DNA from: Batkoa obscura
Taxonomy: Eukaryota
DNA length: 64,000 nt
NCBI GenBank assembly: GCA_030770535.1
Contig: JASVEC010000023.1
Coordinates: 744,001-808,000, forward strand
Direction: 5' to 3'
A program made the position numbers and the translations under genes. This document shows, piece by piece, positions 25,892 through 39,267 of the stretch. Below the pieces are notes generated by a model that ran no database searches, had not been told where the DNA came from, and saw only the letters and a program-made list of their open reading frames with translations. Numbering within the stretch: position 1 is the stretch's first letter; each line of letters opens with the position of its first letter.

Positions 25892-27537
25892 ATGCCAATA
25901 ATTAAAAAATGTGAAGGTTGTGATTTGGAAACGGACCTTGAAGCAGCTGCATTAATTAATGGGGAAGGTCCAATAATATGTCAAAATTGTGGGGTTGTAT
26001 TACAAGAAGATAGTATACAATTAGTACCAGATTATCAACCTGAAGAGTTTACAAGAACACATTACTCAAGATCAAAGTATACGCAAAGTAATATTAAAAC
26101 TTATGAAAAACTAAAATGGGTAAGTTAAACTGATTGTTTATTTTTATTAATTTTTAGTTCTAAATGAATGGGAAATTACTTATTAGAATAAACTTTATGA
26201 CGATACTGTTAAATTTGCAAAATCATTAAATGTAACGGGTGTAGCTGAAGAAGCATTTGAGACATGTAGAAGAGTGGCTGAATTAGAAAATATTAAACAT
26301 ATGAGTTCATTGAAACATTATTGTTTAGCTTGTATTTATTTGATAGCTGATAAAGAAAAGAAAGGATTGAAATTTAAAGATATTTTAGTAAGTTGTATTT
26401 TATTTGATTAATTTATACTTATCAAACAATTGATAGGGTTTGGATGCTATATTGACTATATCTAAATTTGGTAGCGCTTATCGTCATTTAAAAAATATTT
26501 ATTATAATAGAGGTTGGGATTTATCCCATCAACAAAGTAATATTATTATACAACAAAATAATATTGGAAAAAAAAGCAATATTCAGCAACAAAGTAATAT
26601 TGAAATACAAAATAATATTATAAAACAAAATAATATTGAATTAAAAGATAAAGACAAAGATAAAATAGAAGAAGAAAATCCATTTATGAAACATTTTATA
26701 TTAAAATTAAAAAGTGCAGTTTATGATAATTTAGATATATTACCAATTAAGAATATGGATGTAGATACAATTGATGAAGTTGAAAAAATGAGTAAAGAAT
26801 TAGTTATTGCGTTAGAGAAATTTTTAATATTTGTTGGTATGGATCGCACTCATTATATAGCAGCAATAGTCATCTTATGTTTACAAAATCGATTTGATGT
26901 GTCTTTATTAAGGAAGGAGGTATTAATTATAGCTAAGTATTTAAATCATGGAATCACTTGTTATAAACGTTATAAAGAAATTAAAGATATTTTAATTGAA
27001 TATAGTGAATCTAATTTAGGAAATATATTTGATAAAGTCCATTTTTATCGTATTATACCTTTGTTTAATTTTAATCAATTACAACCAAAAGCTATTCAAC
27101 CTAAATCTTTTATTAAAAGTCGAACAAAAGCATTAAAAAATTACCAATTAACCAAAGGAGCAATGAATAAAATCAAAGCATTAAATGAGGCTATTCAAAT
27201 GGAAACATCAGTTAAAAGGATGTTAGATAATAATTCCAATAGTTTAATAGAAAGAAAACAAGATGTTGATAAAATTCTTAATGTTCATAAAAAATTAAAA
27301 CAAATTGATCAATCTACCAAAATTGAAAAAGATGCTATTGCTACTTTAATTCGACAAAAGGCATTGTTATATAAAGGCACGTTTGCTAGTTTAAGTCATT
27401 TATCGGATGAAGAAATGATCCGTTGGATTCAAGAAAAAAAATTAGAAAAAGGGGAAATTCCAAAGGCAAGTGAAAGTCGAGAATTAAATGATCAAGATAT
27501 TTCAAAAGAAGAATTGGAAGCTTATTTAAAACTATAA
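25892..27537 (+). CDS. TFIIB-related factor (Brf2-like): Zn ribbon, cyclin folds, acidic C-terminal motif; 2 introns
   Basis: CEGC...CQNCGVV ribbon, CLACIYL and IAAIVILC cyclin-fold helices, C-terminus NDQDISKEELEAYLKL. Confidence 0.65.
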
Positions 27538-27681
27538 TCCCATATTGTAACTTATTTATTAATACAACATATGAAATAGATGTATTAATAATTTAAATAT
27601 TAATTTCATTTTGATTTATTCATTTTTGCAGAAATTCTTATTTTATTTATTTAGTTAATAACTTGATTAAAATTCTATACT

Positions 27682-28604
27682 CTATCTTAATATCTCTTTA
27701 TTCTTTTTTAATCCTCTTTAGCTAAATAAACAAAAAATCAATAACAACATATTAAAAATACAAATCAAACTTACTCTTTCTGGATTAACAAATCCCATCG
27801 ACTTGTCAGTTTCTTCGTTTCTACTACTTCTTTTACTAGGTTCAATTTTATCTTTATAGAGTTTTTCCTAAATTAAATTCCAGGTTTAATAACTATTTGT
27901 AATTACTTAAAAACTAAACTTACTCTTTCTTTATTTAATTTCTCATTTTTCGTTTTAATTTTATTTTGTCGATTTTCACTTTTACCTCCACCACCTGCCG
28001 ATAATTCCACATTAATTTGTCGATATTGAAATTTAGTATGATGGAATCGTAATGCTTTCTATATATTATTAATAAAATTTAGTAAAACACCAAATTGAAT
28101 ATTGATTTCTTACTTCCAATGTTTTACTATCATTAAATTCCAAAAATGCAAACCCTTTACTTTTACCTGTTTGTTTATCTGTCATTAATCGAATGGATAT
28201 AATTTCTCCTAAGAGTTCTATTTTAACATTCATAGTCATTGGAATTTTATAGTTATTATTTACCACAACTTTTAAAATGTTCTTTGATTTCTTCTTTAGT
28301 AGTTTTGAATGATAAATTTCCTAATTAAAAAACTTTAGTTAAATGCCATTCCGGTAAAAGCCATCAGCTTACCAACAAAAACAATATATCTTAATTTCGA
28401 TGGAGCTTCTTTTTTAATAAATTTTGGTTTTACTTCTTGTTCTTTACCCTCTCCTTTTTCTTCACTCTCTTTTATCTTATCATCCTTCCCTCCTTCTTCA
28501 ACCTTAACTTCTTCCTTATCTTCAGCAACTAAGCCCTTCTTCTTATATTGTTTAAATTTTTGAGCTTTTAATTCTCGTTTACTTAATTTCACTTTATTTT
28601 CCAT
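27682..28604 (-). CDS. Nop6-like nucleolar RRM protein, multi-exon
   Basis: RYIVFVGNLSF (RNP2), KSKGFAFLEF (RNP1), RQINVELSAGGGGKSENR and a C-terminal GFVNPERLKRI. Confidence 0.8.
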
Positions 28605-29090
28605 TCTTTTCTTTTCTTTTCTTTCTAAAAGAGGTTCCAAATTTTAAATTTAAATGGATTTTAAATATGGGTTGGTATAAAAACTTGATTCAAATTTGGT
28701 CTAATTTTGATTTTGAAAAAATTGTATTCAGCACAAAGCTATAAAATACTTGCTTTTTTGCATAAATTCAAAAGAACTTATGCAAAATATTCTTTTGCCC
28801 AGTTTTCTTCAATTTTTTTTTTGGAAACTTACACTATATAGAAGATAGACAAAAAAAGTATTCAAAAATTTTCTTTCAAAGTTTAATGGAGCTTTTAAAC
28901 TTATATATACAACAAAACTAAGATTAACAAAACTTATTTTTCTTTCATTACCTTTTTGAACTTTTTTTAATCTAATTTTTGTAAATCAAAATTCAAGCTT
29001 TTTCAATATATAGTTTTTCCCACTTTTTTGCTTTTTATCACTTAATATTCTCAAAGTAAAATATAGTGAAGCTACCATTTTTTAGCATAT

Positions 29091-29190
29091 TCAGGTGTAT
29101 TTTTGCATTTAAGAATTCTAATAATAATTTTTTCACTCAAATAGCGCTTAAATGATATAAAAAATAATGAAGCCTAAAAAAACATTCCCC
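29091..29190. mobile_element. Family-A MITE
   Basis: Family core, right TIR and ATAT flanks. Confidence 0.8.
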
Positions 29191-29722
29191 ATATGACATA
29201 AATAAATCAATTTTTCAATTCAATAAATTTCATTTTAAAAAACAAACTTAGTTATTAACCTTTGTTAAATTATTCATACTATTAAATGCTTCAATGATAA
29301 CACTTATTTGATTAATTGCCATAGTAGTCTGCCAAACATTCAAATTTTTTTAATTTGATAGCTTTTTTCATTGAGATAATAAGACAGAAAGTGAATTATC
29401 CTTCACTTTATTTATTTAATTTTTACAGTAAACAAAATTAAAAAGAATTTCGACCAAGATGTTGAAATAAAACATTCCTGTAAAAGAATAAGGGATGTAA
29501 TTAGAAAAGATAGATAGCCAATTAAAATAAATGGAAAAAGTTAAACTCGAAAATACCAAATAAAAAGCAATCTATTGAATATTCTACTCCCATAAATTCA
29601 TAAACAATTAATTTTTACACTTATTGAACTTTTAACCAATTAAAGAGATATACAAATAAAAATTTACTTATGAACTTTTTTACATTTTAAAACAAAGCAA
29701 GCTTGCTTTATCCCCCATATTC

Positions 29723-32700
29723 GAATCTTTTAAAGATTAATTATTTATAAACTTTGTCTCAAAATGTCCATTCCACAAACCAATAGTTTTAATAGAAAAT
29801 TAGAAAATAAAGTTAAGTCCTTAGATTCAAGTATACCTCCACCTGCCCTTAAAAAACGTAAAAATGAACCAGAAAAAGATACACCAATTGATTGTCCTAT
29901 CCAAGTTTACATTCGTTGTCGTGGTCCAGAAAGTGTTTTAGTTGGTAAAAAAATAGGCATTGAAGCTTCTGAAGAAAATAATGAAGTTAGTTATAAAGAA
30001 GGAACTTCTGAGCGTTATGTGACTAGACCTTATTCTTTTAATCGAGTATTTGGTCCTGCAGCCTCACAAAAAGCAGTTTATGATGAAATAGTTTCACCAA
30101 TGATCGATGAAGTATTATCAGGATATAGTTGTACCCTTTTTGCTTATGGACAAACTGGTACAGGAAAGACTCATACCATGGAAGGAAAATTAGACGAAGT
30201 ACAGTTTATGCCCTCAGGTAATTCAGGTATTATACCAAGAACTTTATATGAAATATTTGAGAAACTTGAATCAGACAAAGAAAACATGTCATTGATAAAG
30301 GTTTCTATGATTGAAATTTATAATGAGGAGGTTTATGACCTTCTTGGTGCAAACGAACCAGGTACTGAATTATCTAAACTTATTCTTATTAAAGGACTTG
30401 AAAAGGATCTTGTTATTAAAGGATTAGCAGAAACAGTAATTACTAACCCATCTGAAGGTGTTGCTTTATTAGAAAAAGGAGCAGCTATGCGTCATACTGC
30501 CTCAACAAAGCTTAATAAGAGCTCAAGTCGTTCTCATTGTATATATACTCTTAAAATTAAAATCAATTCAAAAAATGGCGATGAAAAGTATTTCACGACA
30601 GGCAAATTACATCTTGTAGATCTTGCTGGATCCGAAGATATTTCAAGGTCAGGTGCTGAAAAAGCTCAAGCAGCTGAAGCTGGTAAAATCAATCGTTCTT
30701 TACTTACTTTAGGTCAAATTATAAAAGATCTTTCTGATAGAAGTTCTTCTAAATTGAACCCTAATTCAACTGGAGGCTTAACATTTAGAAATTCCAAATT
30801 AACACGTATCCTTGAAGATTCATTAGGTGGTGGCACAAAAACACGCATGATAGCAACTGTTTCTTTACTTGAGAACGATTTAAAAGAAAGTATCAATACA
30901 ATTAAATATGCTTCACAAGCAATGTCTATCAAAAACAGACCTAGAGCTAACATTTCTCTTGGAGAAGCTGCTCTTTATTTAGAATATAAAACAGAATATC
31001 AAAAAATGGCAGCTAGCTTAAAGGCACAACGCGATAAAGATGGGGCATATTTAGCTAATGATGTTTATGAAAAATTAACCAATGGATCTAAAGAATTGGA
31101 ATTTGAAACTAAGAGATTGAACTCGGAAATTAATGAATTACAACAAATAAATTCAGATCTTAGTAACAAGTTTGAAGAGAATAAAAAAGAGTTGATTTTG
31201 AAGGATAATGAACTTAATGAGAAAACCAATGAACTTGAAACAACCAAGATTCATTTAGAAACCAGCAATAAGAAACTTGAAGAAGCTTTATTGAAGATTG
31301 AAACTTTAAAGAGACAAAATGATGCTTATCTATCGAGTGAAGCCCAATTAGATAAAGTAGCTAGAGATTTACTAGATACTACTATTATGAAAAGTAAACA
31401 ATTGGAAGATTTATTTAAAGTTGTTAGCGATAAGTATAGGGCTGCTGAAACTAATATGAAATTTGCCAATGAGTTATTATCTAACACTTCTTTTAAATTT
31501 GAGGAATCAAATTCAAGGTTACAACAATTATCTAAATCTAACCTTGAATTTAAAAATGGAATTAATAGTGTATCAGAGGCATTAATGAACTCACTTACAA
31601 TAAAATCAACAGATATTACTAGTAATATTAAGAATTGTTTTGAGCAACTCAATGCTTTAACATCGACTAATAAAGATAAACTTGAAGATAATCTTGGGTT
31701 TATCAAATCATCAGTTCGAAGCCTTGCAACTTGTTTCCATGAACTTACCGGTCTAATTGAAAAACAGACTTTATTTACTTGTGATACTTTAGATCAATTT
31801 TCAATTACAATTGATCAAAATAATAGTGACTTTAGTCATCAAATCGAAGCTTTAGGAAATGAATTTAATGTTAAAGTTAATGATATGAAGCAGGAATATA
31901 GTTTATCATTTCAAAAAAAAACCGAGGAGTATGATAATCAAATGGAGGAATTGAAAAAGGAACGTGAAATCGAAGTACAAAAATTAAGAGCTCAATATGA
32001 ATGGTCTGAGAAGCTATTGAAAGATGTTAAAGAGTCGGAAGCTTTACAAAGAGCCAAAGTAATTTCTACTATGGAAAATGCTCTCAAAGAATACTCTTCC
32101 TATCATCATAGTAATCTTTCTAATGCTATGGATAAGCATTTAAGTATGTTACACTCAAGAGAGGCATATGAGGAAAATGTTTATACAAAGTTTACTCAAT
32201 CATTAGAAAACTCCAATAATAATTATCAAAAAGAGAACAAAAAGCAGGGTTTATTTTTAGAAGATACTTCCATGACTCTTGATAAATATCGCATAGTCTC
32301 ATTAGAATACTCAAATAACATTACTAATTTGACTAATAACAACAAAAATATCATTAACAAATCTCATGAAGAAATGAAACAAGTAACAACCAGCAACAAA
32401 AATCAATACAATGATGAAATAAACACTTGTCATTCCCATATTGATAATGGAAATAAGACATTAGAAAAACATTTAGAAATAATGACTTCAACTTTAAAAA
32501 ATCTACAATCTAATCATGTTACTTCAATGTCACATCTCAATGACTCAGTAAACAAGAGTAAAGACAACCTAGTTGGACTTGCCAAGACACATGTCGATGA
32601 ATCTGTACTTCCAGAAATCATAAAACTCAGTGAGCTTAATAACACGAATCTCAATCTTACAACTGCTTTTGTGAATGAGCAGTTTATGGTAATTTTAAAT

Positions 32701-33772
32701 TATAGTATTTGATAACGGTTTTTTAAATCATTTTTATTATTTTAGATCGAAACTAGTAATCCAGATCAATTCAACATTAATACTGAAGAATATCCAAAAG
32801 AGTGGCCTTTAATTAATCCTCAGGATTATGTAGTAACTGATATCAATGAAATTCCTCAAGTTAAAGAAGAAAAATCCGAATCAAGTGTTACTACTGTTCA
32901 ATCAGGTGGAGAAAAATTGAGTGAAAAAAAGAGTATTATTCGTAAAGATTCAAATTTTAAAAATGGATCAAAGCTAGTTCAACCAATTCAACCAGTTCGA
33001 GCTACTGGAGCTACTGGAGCTACTGGAGGTCCAATTCGCTCAACTACATTTAATCGTCAAACGAATGTCAATAGACAACCTCAACGATTATTAGCACGGT
33101 CAAAGACCAATTCAAACAGCTCTAAAAAATCTGAGCCAAGGAAGTAATTTGATACAATTGATTTCAATATTATTTATTACCGGATCATCTAAATAACAAT
33201 CGGTTTTGTTTATTATTAGCTTCAGTAATCTCATACTTTTGATTCAAATGTTAGTAGTATTATAGTATTATAGTATTATAGTATTATCTCAAACAACAGT
33301 AATGACAAAATCATTTTTGAAAGCTAAATTTATATTATAAATGCTAACCTTAGATATCTCAAATAGAAGCTAAACACCATAAAACATTCATTTACTTATG
33401 ATGACTATCATACTACATAATCTTGGATGATAAAGGGGAAGAAGCAATTGCACTTTTACATAATTAATTAGTAGTTACTTTATTAACATTGCTTATGATA
33501 TGAAAAACTTTAATTTTAATAATTTGAAAGGTAAATAAAATTTTATCAGATTATTTTTAATTTTCAATTGTGTTACTTGAGTTTTGAGTTTAATTATTAA
33601 TAACCTTGCTATTAAAGTTAAGTATCCTAAATTCGAATAAACTTACAATAACATTGATAGTTTTCAAAGTATCAATTACCATTCTGCATGTTATTTGAAC
33701 TCATTTTTGACAGATACTTTGATTCATTCAACCAATAATAATGAGTTGTAAATTTACAATTAAAAATCAAAA
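29723..33772 (+). repeat. Left arm of the 4,050-bp inverted repeat
   Basis: Reverse complement of 56813-60862. Paired coordinates sum to 90585 at both ends. Confidence 0.95.
29764..33147 (+). CDS. Kinesin-5 (BimC/Cin8/Eg5 family), about 1108 aa, intron 32689-32745
   Basis: FAYGQTGTGKTHTMEG, SSRSH, LVDLAGSE, EAGKINRSLLTLG, DSLGGGTKT and IKNRP, followed by a long coiled coil. Confidence 0.92.
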
Positions 33773-33825
33773 AATCAAAAATCAAAAAATTTGTCTCATG
33801 ATTCTTTTACTGGTTTTTGTTCAAA

Positions 33826-35300
33826 ATAGGAATAAAAACTGATCAATTCCTAAATAACTTATTGAAAGAGATATTTAAACTATTACATCCAGTTGAGTTA
33901 TTCAACTTATGGTTAATAAATAAATGTTTATCAAGAGTGATCAAAGGCGTTACAATTGTAACTTGACTTAGTTTATAATGAATTAAAAGAGTATATAAAT
34001 TATTACAAAAAAACTATTAAAAATAAAAGACTATCAATAAGATTTTATATGTAGATTATGATACTTTAAAGTACTTGGATTGTTATCCAAACTTTAAAAA
34101 AATATATCATGAATGTATATATTGTTATATCATATGTGGTAAATGCATCCATTATAGCTGGGATAGCTGGGGTATTATCTATCCTAACAATATTTTTAAC
34201 CATAGAATAATTAATTACGAATCACTGAAACTAGATAAATTACCTACTACCTAAGTCAAAAAAATTGACTATGCATTTTTTAGAAGGCGCGTCAACATTT
34301 AGTCTATCTCATAGCTACTCAAATCAACTTGAAATATCCGAAGTTTCTAATTATAACTTAACAATTAAAGGCATCATTGAGCGTTTAAATCGATATAAAT
34401 CAAAACTGTTTATAATTGATTCTACAAAGGATCTTAGCCTTGAGGAATTAGACACTACTAAGACAAATTTTAAGAAATTAAAGACACTACATCTGAAGTT
34501 AGGCGCTCATTCATTTTGGCTACCAATGGTATGGATTCTGATATAAAGTCCATTTCAGGTTTGAAGCTAAAAGTCAAAAGAAATATCGATTTTCAACTTG
34601 ATTGTTTAAATGACCTCAAAAAATTAAAGAGTATAAAGTTAATATACTTTAATCAAGATTTTTTGGTAACTATAGTGATAAAAACGAACAGAATATTGTA
34701 GGCTTAGTTAAGAATGTCAACATATATTTGCTTAAGTTGTTTTACTATAAAACATCTGATTACTTGTATTCAAGAATTCTGTCGAAAATTCATGGAAATA
34801 AACCTCTTTTAATGTTAATAGTTTTGAAAAATCACAATTTGAGGATGTATTTTTTTGTTTAAGAATTTTACTAACAATTATTCCACTCAAATAGCGCTTA
34901 AAATATGGAAAAAGTAATGAAATCAAAAAAACATCCCCATTTCTTCAATGTCAAGCATTCAAATCATCAATTTAACTTTTTTGGATAATAGTATTAAAAA
35001 ACAATCAATGAATCTTATGATAAATAAAATGTTTACAAACAAAAACATCAATTAATTAAATGGAACTCTGTCAAGCAAATTGATATAAATAATTTTTAGC
35101 CTTTGATTAGTAATGATTTTTATTTTTGTTTTTTCTAAATCTTAAAGTAATCAAAGGAGGGATCCCTTGGTATATTTGACAAGAACAAGACACCAAAATT
35201 AGTCACAAATTCACTAACCCTTTATTATTAGTTGTGCTTATTAATATTCTCTTATAGTTTATTATGAGTGGTTAGACAATATTTTTATGTTAAGTTAGAT
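33826..35300 (+). pseudogene. F-box/LRR-like paralog 1 (stops, frameshifts, micro-inversion, MITE insertion)
   Basis: DQFLNNLLKEIFKLLHPVELFNL and downstream blocks homologous to 36162-37580. Confidence 0.75.
34841..34938. mobile_element. Family-A MITE inside F-box pseudogene 1
   Basis: TIRs with an ATTT/ATTT TSD. Confidence 0.9.
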
Positions 35301-35550
35301 AAAATTTAGGGCCAAAATATTAACTCATCAAAACTCTGATTCTTTTATTCTAATTCAATTTAACTATTGCTAGTCTAGTAAAAGATTAATACATTATAAT
35401 AAAAGACAGCTTACTTTTAATATTGATTCTTTTTCAATATCTCTTTATTTAAATTTTCATATTTAAATTTCCACAATGTAATTTAAATATTAAGTACAGA
35501 AGTGCTATTTAAAGTGAACCTATAAAATAATAGTGATTCATATATTATAT

Positions 35551-35631
35551 AAAGACGTTCTTTTTGGTTTCATTACTTTTTCTATCTTTTAAGTGCTATT
35601 TGAGTGGAAAAACTATTTTCAGTAGTAAAAT
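35551..35631. mobile_element. Truncated family-A MITE
   Basis: ttcattactttttctatcttttaagtgctatttgagtggaaaaa core; TIRs decayed. Confidence 0.65.
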
Positions 35632-36161
35632 GTGTATTTTTTCTTTTTAGATAATATGTTTAATTGTAACACTGTTTTCGTTTTAAATAACAACACACTT
35701 GGTCAATCCAATTTATCTAAAATTAGACTCATCCCACCTTGATCTTCTACTTCACAAACTTTCTCTTATTGATTTATAAGTTTATGTATGACTCAACTTT
35801 GCTTTTCTTTTGTAGTAATTATATCTTATAGCCTGGCAAAAGAAACAAATATAGAGTAATCATATGTGTGAAAAATATTACAAAAGGTTGAATAGATTAA
35901 TCCTGTTATTTCAAATACTCAATATATATAATATTAAATAAACTTCTAATAGGTTGTAGCACTCAGAACATCAATAATTATTATTTCAGGATGTCATACA
36001 AACTTAATTTTTACAAATACTTGTTATTTATTCAACCAATGAAATAGATTCTAACTTTAAAATCTAAAATAAGAAATAAAAAACAAATAATATAAATTTA
36101 ATTTTTGAGTCTTCTATACAAACATCACTTTTTATTTTTTTTATTTTGTCTTTTATTTACA

Positions 36162-37580
36162 ATGAGACTGAACTTTGATCAATTACCAGACAACTTATTG
36201 GAGAATATGGGGATGTTTTTTTTGATTTCATTACTTTTCCATTTTTTAAGCGCTATTTGAGTAGAAAGATTGTTAGTAAAATTCTTAAACACAAAAAAAC
36301 ACCCCCATGTATTCAAATTATTGCATCCAGTAGAATTGTTTGATTTGTGCTTGTTAAATAAATGCCTATTAACTGTAACAAAAAGTGTTATTAGATATAA
36401 CTTAACTTATTCAGTTTATGATCAATTTATTAGCTATAAAAATTACCAACAAGAATTTATTGAAACTAACGGATTATCAATGAAGCATATAAATATAAAC
36501 GAAAGCATCCTTAAACATTTAAGCTCTTGTTTAAACATAAGATCTATAAATTATGAGAGTTTATATGATCATGGTAACAAATTCCCAATCAAAGCTAAAC
36601 TACCTAAATTAAAAAAAATAGTAATGTGTTTTTCAGAACTCACAGAGGAACTTGTGATATTTAATAATTATTTAAATCAAGTTGAAGTTTTTGAAGTTTT
36701 TAAGGATGAAATAGTAATTGAAGATTTTATCAAACATTTGAACCCAGATAAATTAAAGTCCCTAACTCTTTATTCTATATATGATTTAAATATCAGTGGA
36801 CTAGATACTATTAAAACTAAATTCAAAAATTTGAGAGTGCTACATTTAAAATCACTTTCATTTATCACTACTAATGGCTATGTCAATCCTAATATAAGCT
36901 TCAATTCCAGTCTAAATCTTAAGATTGAAGGCTATATTGATTTTAAAGTTAGTTGCTTAGGTGATCTTAAACAACTAAACAGCATAGAATTACTAATCAA
37001 CAATAACACTGTTTTTGATAACACTAATAAAAATGAAGAGAGGATCATAGAATCAATCAAATGCAGTGGATACATTTCTTTAGGTTATTTTGAATTTAGT
37101 TCCCCGATTACCCATAGTTTTTCTAACTTACCAACTCTAAAAGAAGTCTATTTCACTGAATTTTCAAAAGAGTCACTAAATTCTATTTCTTTAATACCAA
37201 GTATTCAAGTTATTTCTTTTTCTTTTCCTTATAGCGATCTTAAAGATTTAATTGAAGAGTTTTACTGTAATAAATATAGTGACTATAAAGAAAAGCGTAA
37301 GTTAGTCAAATGCAATTCTGTTAAGAAAATTAACTTTGAAGACTTCTATCCTTTGAGTGATCTTTATCTTTATTTTTTATCTTTTTTCCCGAACATTAAA
37401 ACGATCAAAACAGATCACCTTGATGCACTTGATGATAATGAAATGCTAAAGGCTACATATAAGTTTACTAGTCCTTTATTATTAATTGCGCCAATTAATC
37501 CTTATTTGCCTGTAGCTTTTTATGACGAATTAGCAAAAAAACCAATGTTAAGTTGGATGAAATTAGATCCATATTATTAG
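36162..37580 (+). pseudogene. F-box/LRR-like gene, otherwise open, interrupted by a MITE within the F-box
   Basis: ATG 36162: MRLNFDQLPDNLLEN-[102-bp insert]-FKLLHPVELFDLCLLNK. The insert keeps frame but carries TGA at 36258. Confidence 0.8.
36209..36306. mobile_element. Family-A MITE in F-box coding sequence
   Basis: TIRs with an ATAT/ATGT TSD. Confidence 0.92.
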
Positions 37581-38063
37581 CTTATTCTAACTCTTTTCTT
37601 TCAATATGAAACTTCTCTTATAACTCAGCTCTTTCTAATAAACAGTAACTATATTATTACGAGAGCAAAAGCTATGTTTATCTTTATTTGTATTTTTAGT
37701 TTTCCAATATTAAAATAAGCTTATGATCACTTTATTCATTTAAAAATAAAAGATTAAATTAATGTTATATTAAAGTAAATTGAAAGTTGTAATAATATTT
37801 ATTTAATTAATAAAAATAGCATAAAGGAGGATTGAAAGAGGCAAATTTAAAAACAAAATGTTATAGAAAACTTTTGTTTTAGATTCATTAGGTTATAGTT
37901 ATAGTAAAACTTTGAAATAAAATTTTATACCTTTCTATAAAAAAATAAAACTATTAGTGTTGAAATTAATGTATCTAATAACTTAATAAAGTAAATCATT
38001 TAAACACTTAACATTAGAATGTTATATTAAGCTAAATATATATGGAGGTTAAAATTTTCAGTA

Positions 38064-38156
38064 GAGGATATTTTTTTGATTTCATTACTTTTCCTTTTTT
38101 TTAAGCGCTATTTGAATGGAAACATTGTTAGTAAAATCCTTAAAAAGTACATCCCC
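38064..38156. mobile_element. Family-A MITE
   Basis: gaggatat...acatcccc with the family core. Confidence 0.85.
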
Positions 38157-39267
38157 AACAGCTTTATTTAATGTATGAACATCAAATTAATAGATTATAA
38201 TTGAACCATATTATTGCTTTATTTTTTGATCTATACTTAACCTCAATATTAAGGTTATTGGAATAATTATACTAAATCAACGCATATTAACACATTTCAC
38301 ACAATAATCCTAATCAATTAAGCAACTCTTAATAATGTAATTTCAATTTGTTGAAATCTTAACATTTTGTAATAATATTTACTATGATTTTAAATTAAGA
38401 CTTCAAATAACCATTAATTTGAACTTTATTGCATTTTTTCAAATCAGCTGATTCTAAATTCAATTAAAGTTGAAAACTTATTGGTTCTAAGTCATAAGAT
38501 TCAGGGTTCAATATTTAGGGTATTTTTAGTAAACTAAAAATGAAGTTTTCGGTTTTAAGGGTGAGAAAGTTAATTTAATGTGATTTTTTTAAGTGAAAAA
38601 TTGTTTAATTTTTTAGTAATTTTAAGATAGAAGTAATTGAAGTAAGCTGAAGATAAAAGAAAACAAATATGTCAAATCGGATATGTTTTTGTATTTATAT
38701 ATTGAAATAATTTTGTACTTTTATTTTTTACAGAAAGTTCTTAATATTACTTATCAATAATGACTCAAAATGATACCATTTTACTCAAAATTTCAAATCT
38801 AATGAATTGAAATATCAACAAAGATTTGAGAATAAAAAAATATTTTATTATTATAAGTTATTATAGTGGTTCAATTTAAAAATCTTATATTATCATCTAA
38901 TAAATTAATAGCGAGATAATAAATATAGATATAATAGATAATGATAAAATGCGCAAATAAGTAGTCAATTTTAAAATATAAATTAAAAATAGAATAAAAA
39001 TAGAAAGTATAAAAAGAAATAAATAAATAAATAAATGATACCATTCAAGATACAAATTGAGTACAAAATATTAAAAAATAGAAGATAATAATTTATTAAA
39101 TGTACAAAATTTAATAGCTTTAAAAAAGGTTTAAAAAGAGGGTATAAATAAAACCCAAAATTAAAACTTATACTAAAATTAATTTAAAGAGAAAAAAAAC
39201 ACATAATTAGTTTAATATCTTTTATAAAAAAAAGTTTTTATTTCTTTTCTATATTTTTATATAAAGA

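Noticed and set aside
30714..31706. Antisense ORFs in kinesin (also 58879-59871), NhaC, PTR2 and DUF726
   Set aside because: Shadow ORFs opposite real genes, with low-complexity Leu/Ser/Phe content.
33252..33287. (TAGTATTA)n and similar short tandem repeats at about 40937 and 43947
   Set aside because: Ordinary AT-rich slippage repeats in 3' regions.
29723..33772. Kinesin duplication as a pure assembly artefact
   Set aside because: Diverged homologous flanks on both sides of each arm and one SNP argue for a real duplication. The degree of identity still needs read-level confirmation.
36209..36306. MITE as an introner-type spliced element
   Set aside because: No good GT donor or AG acceptor at its ends, and no copies were found as introns in the intact genes here.
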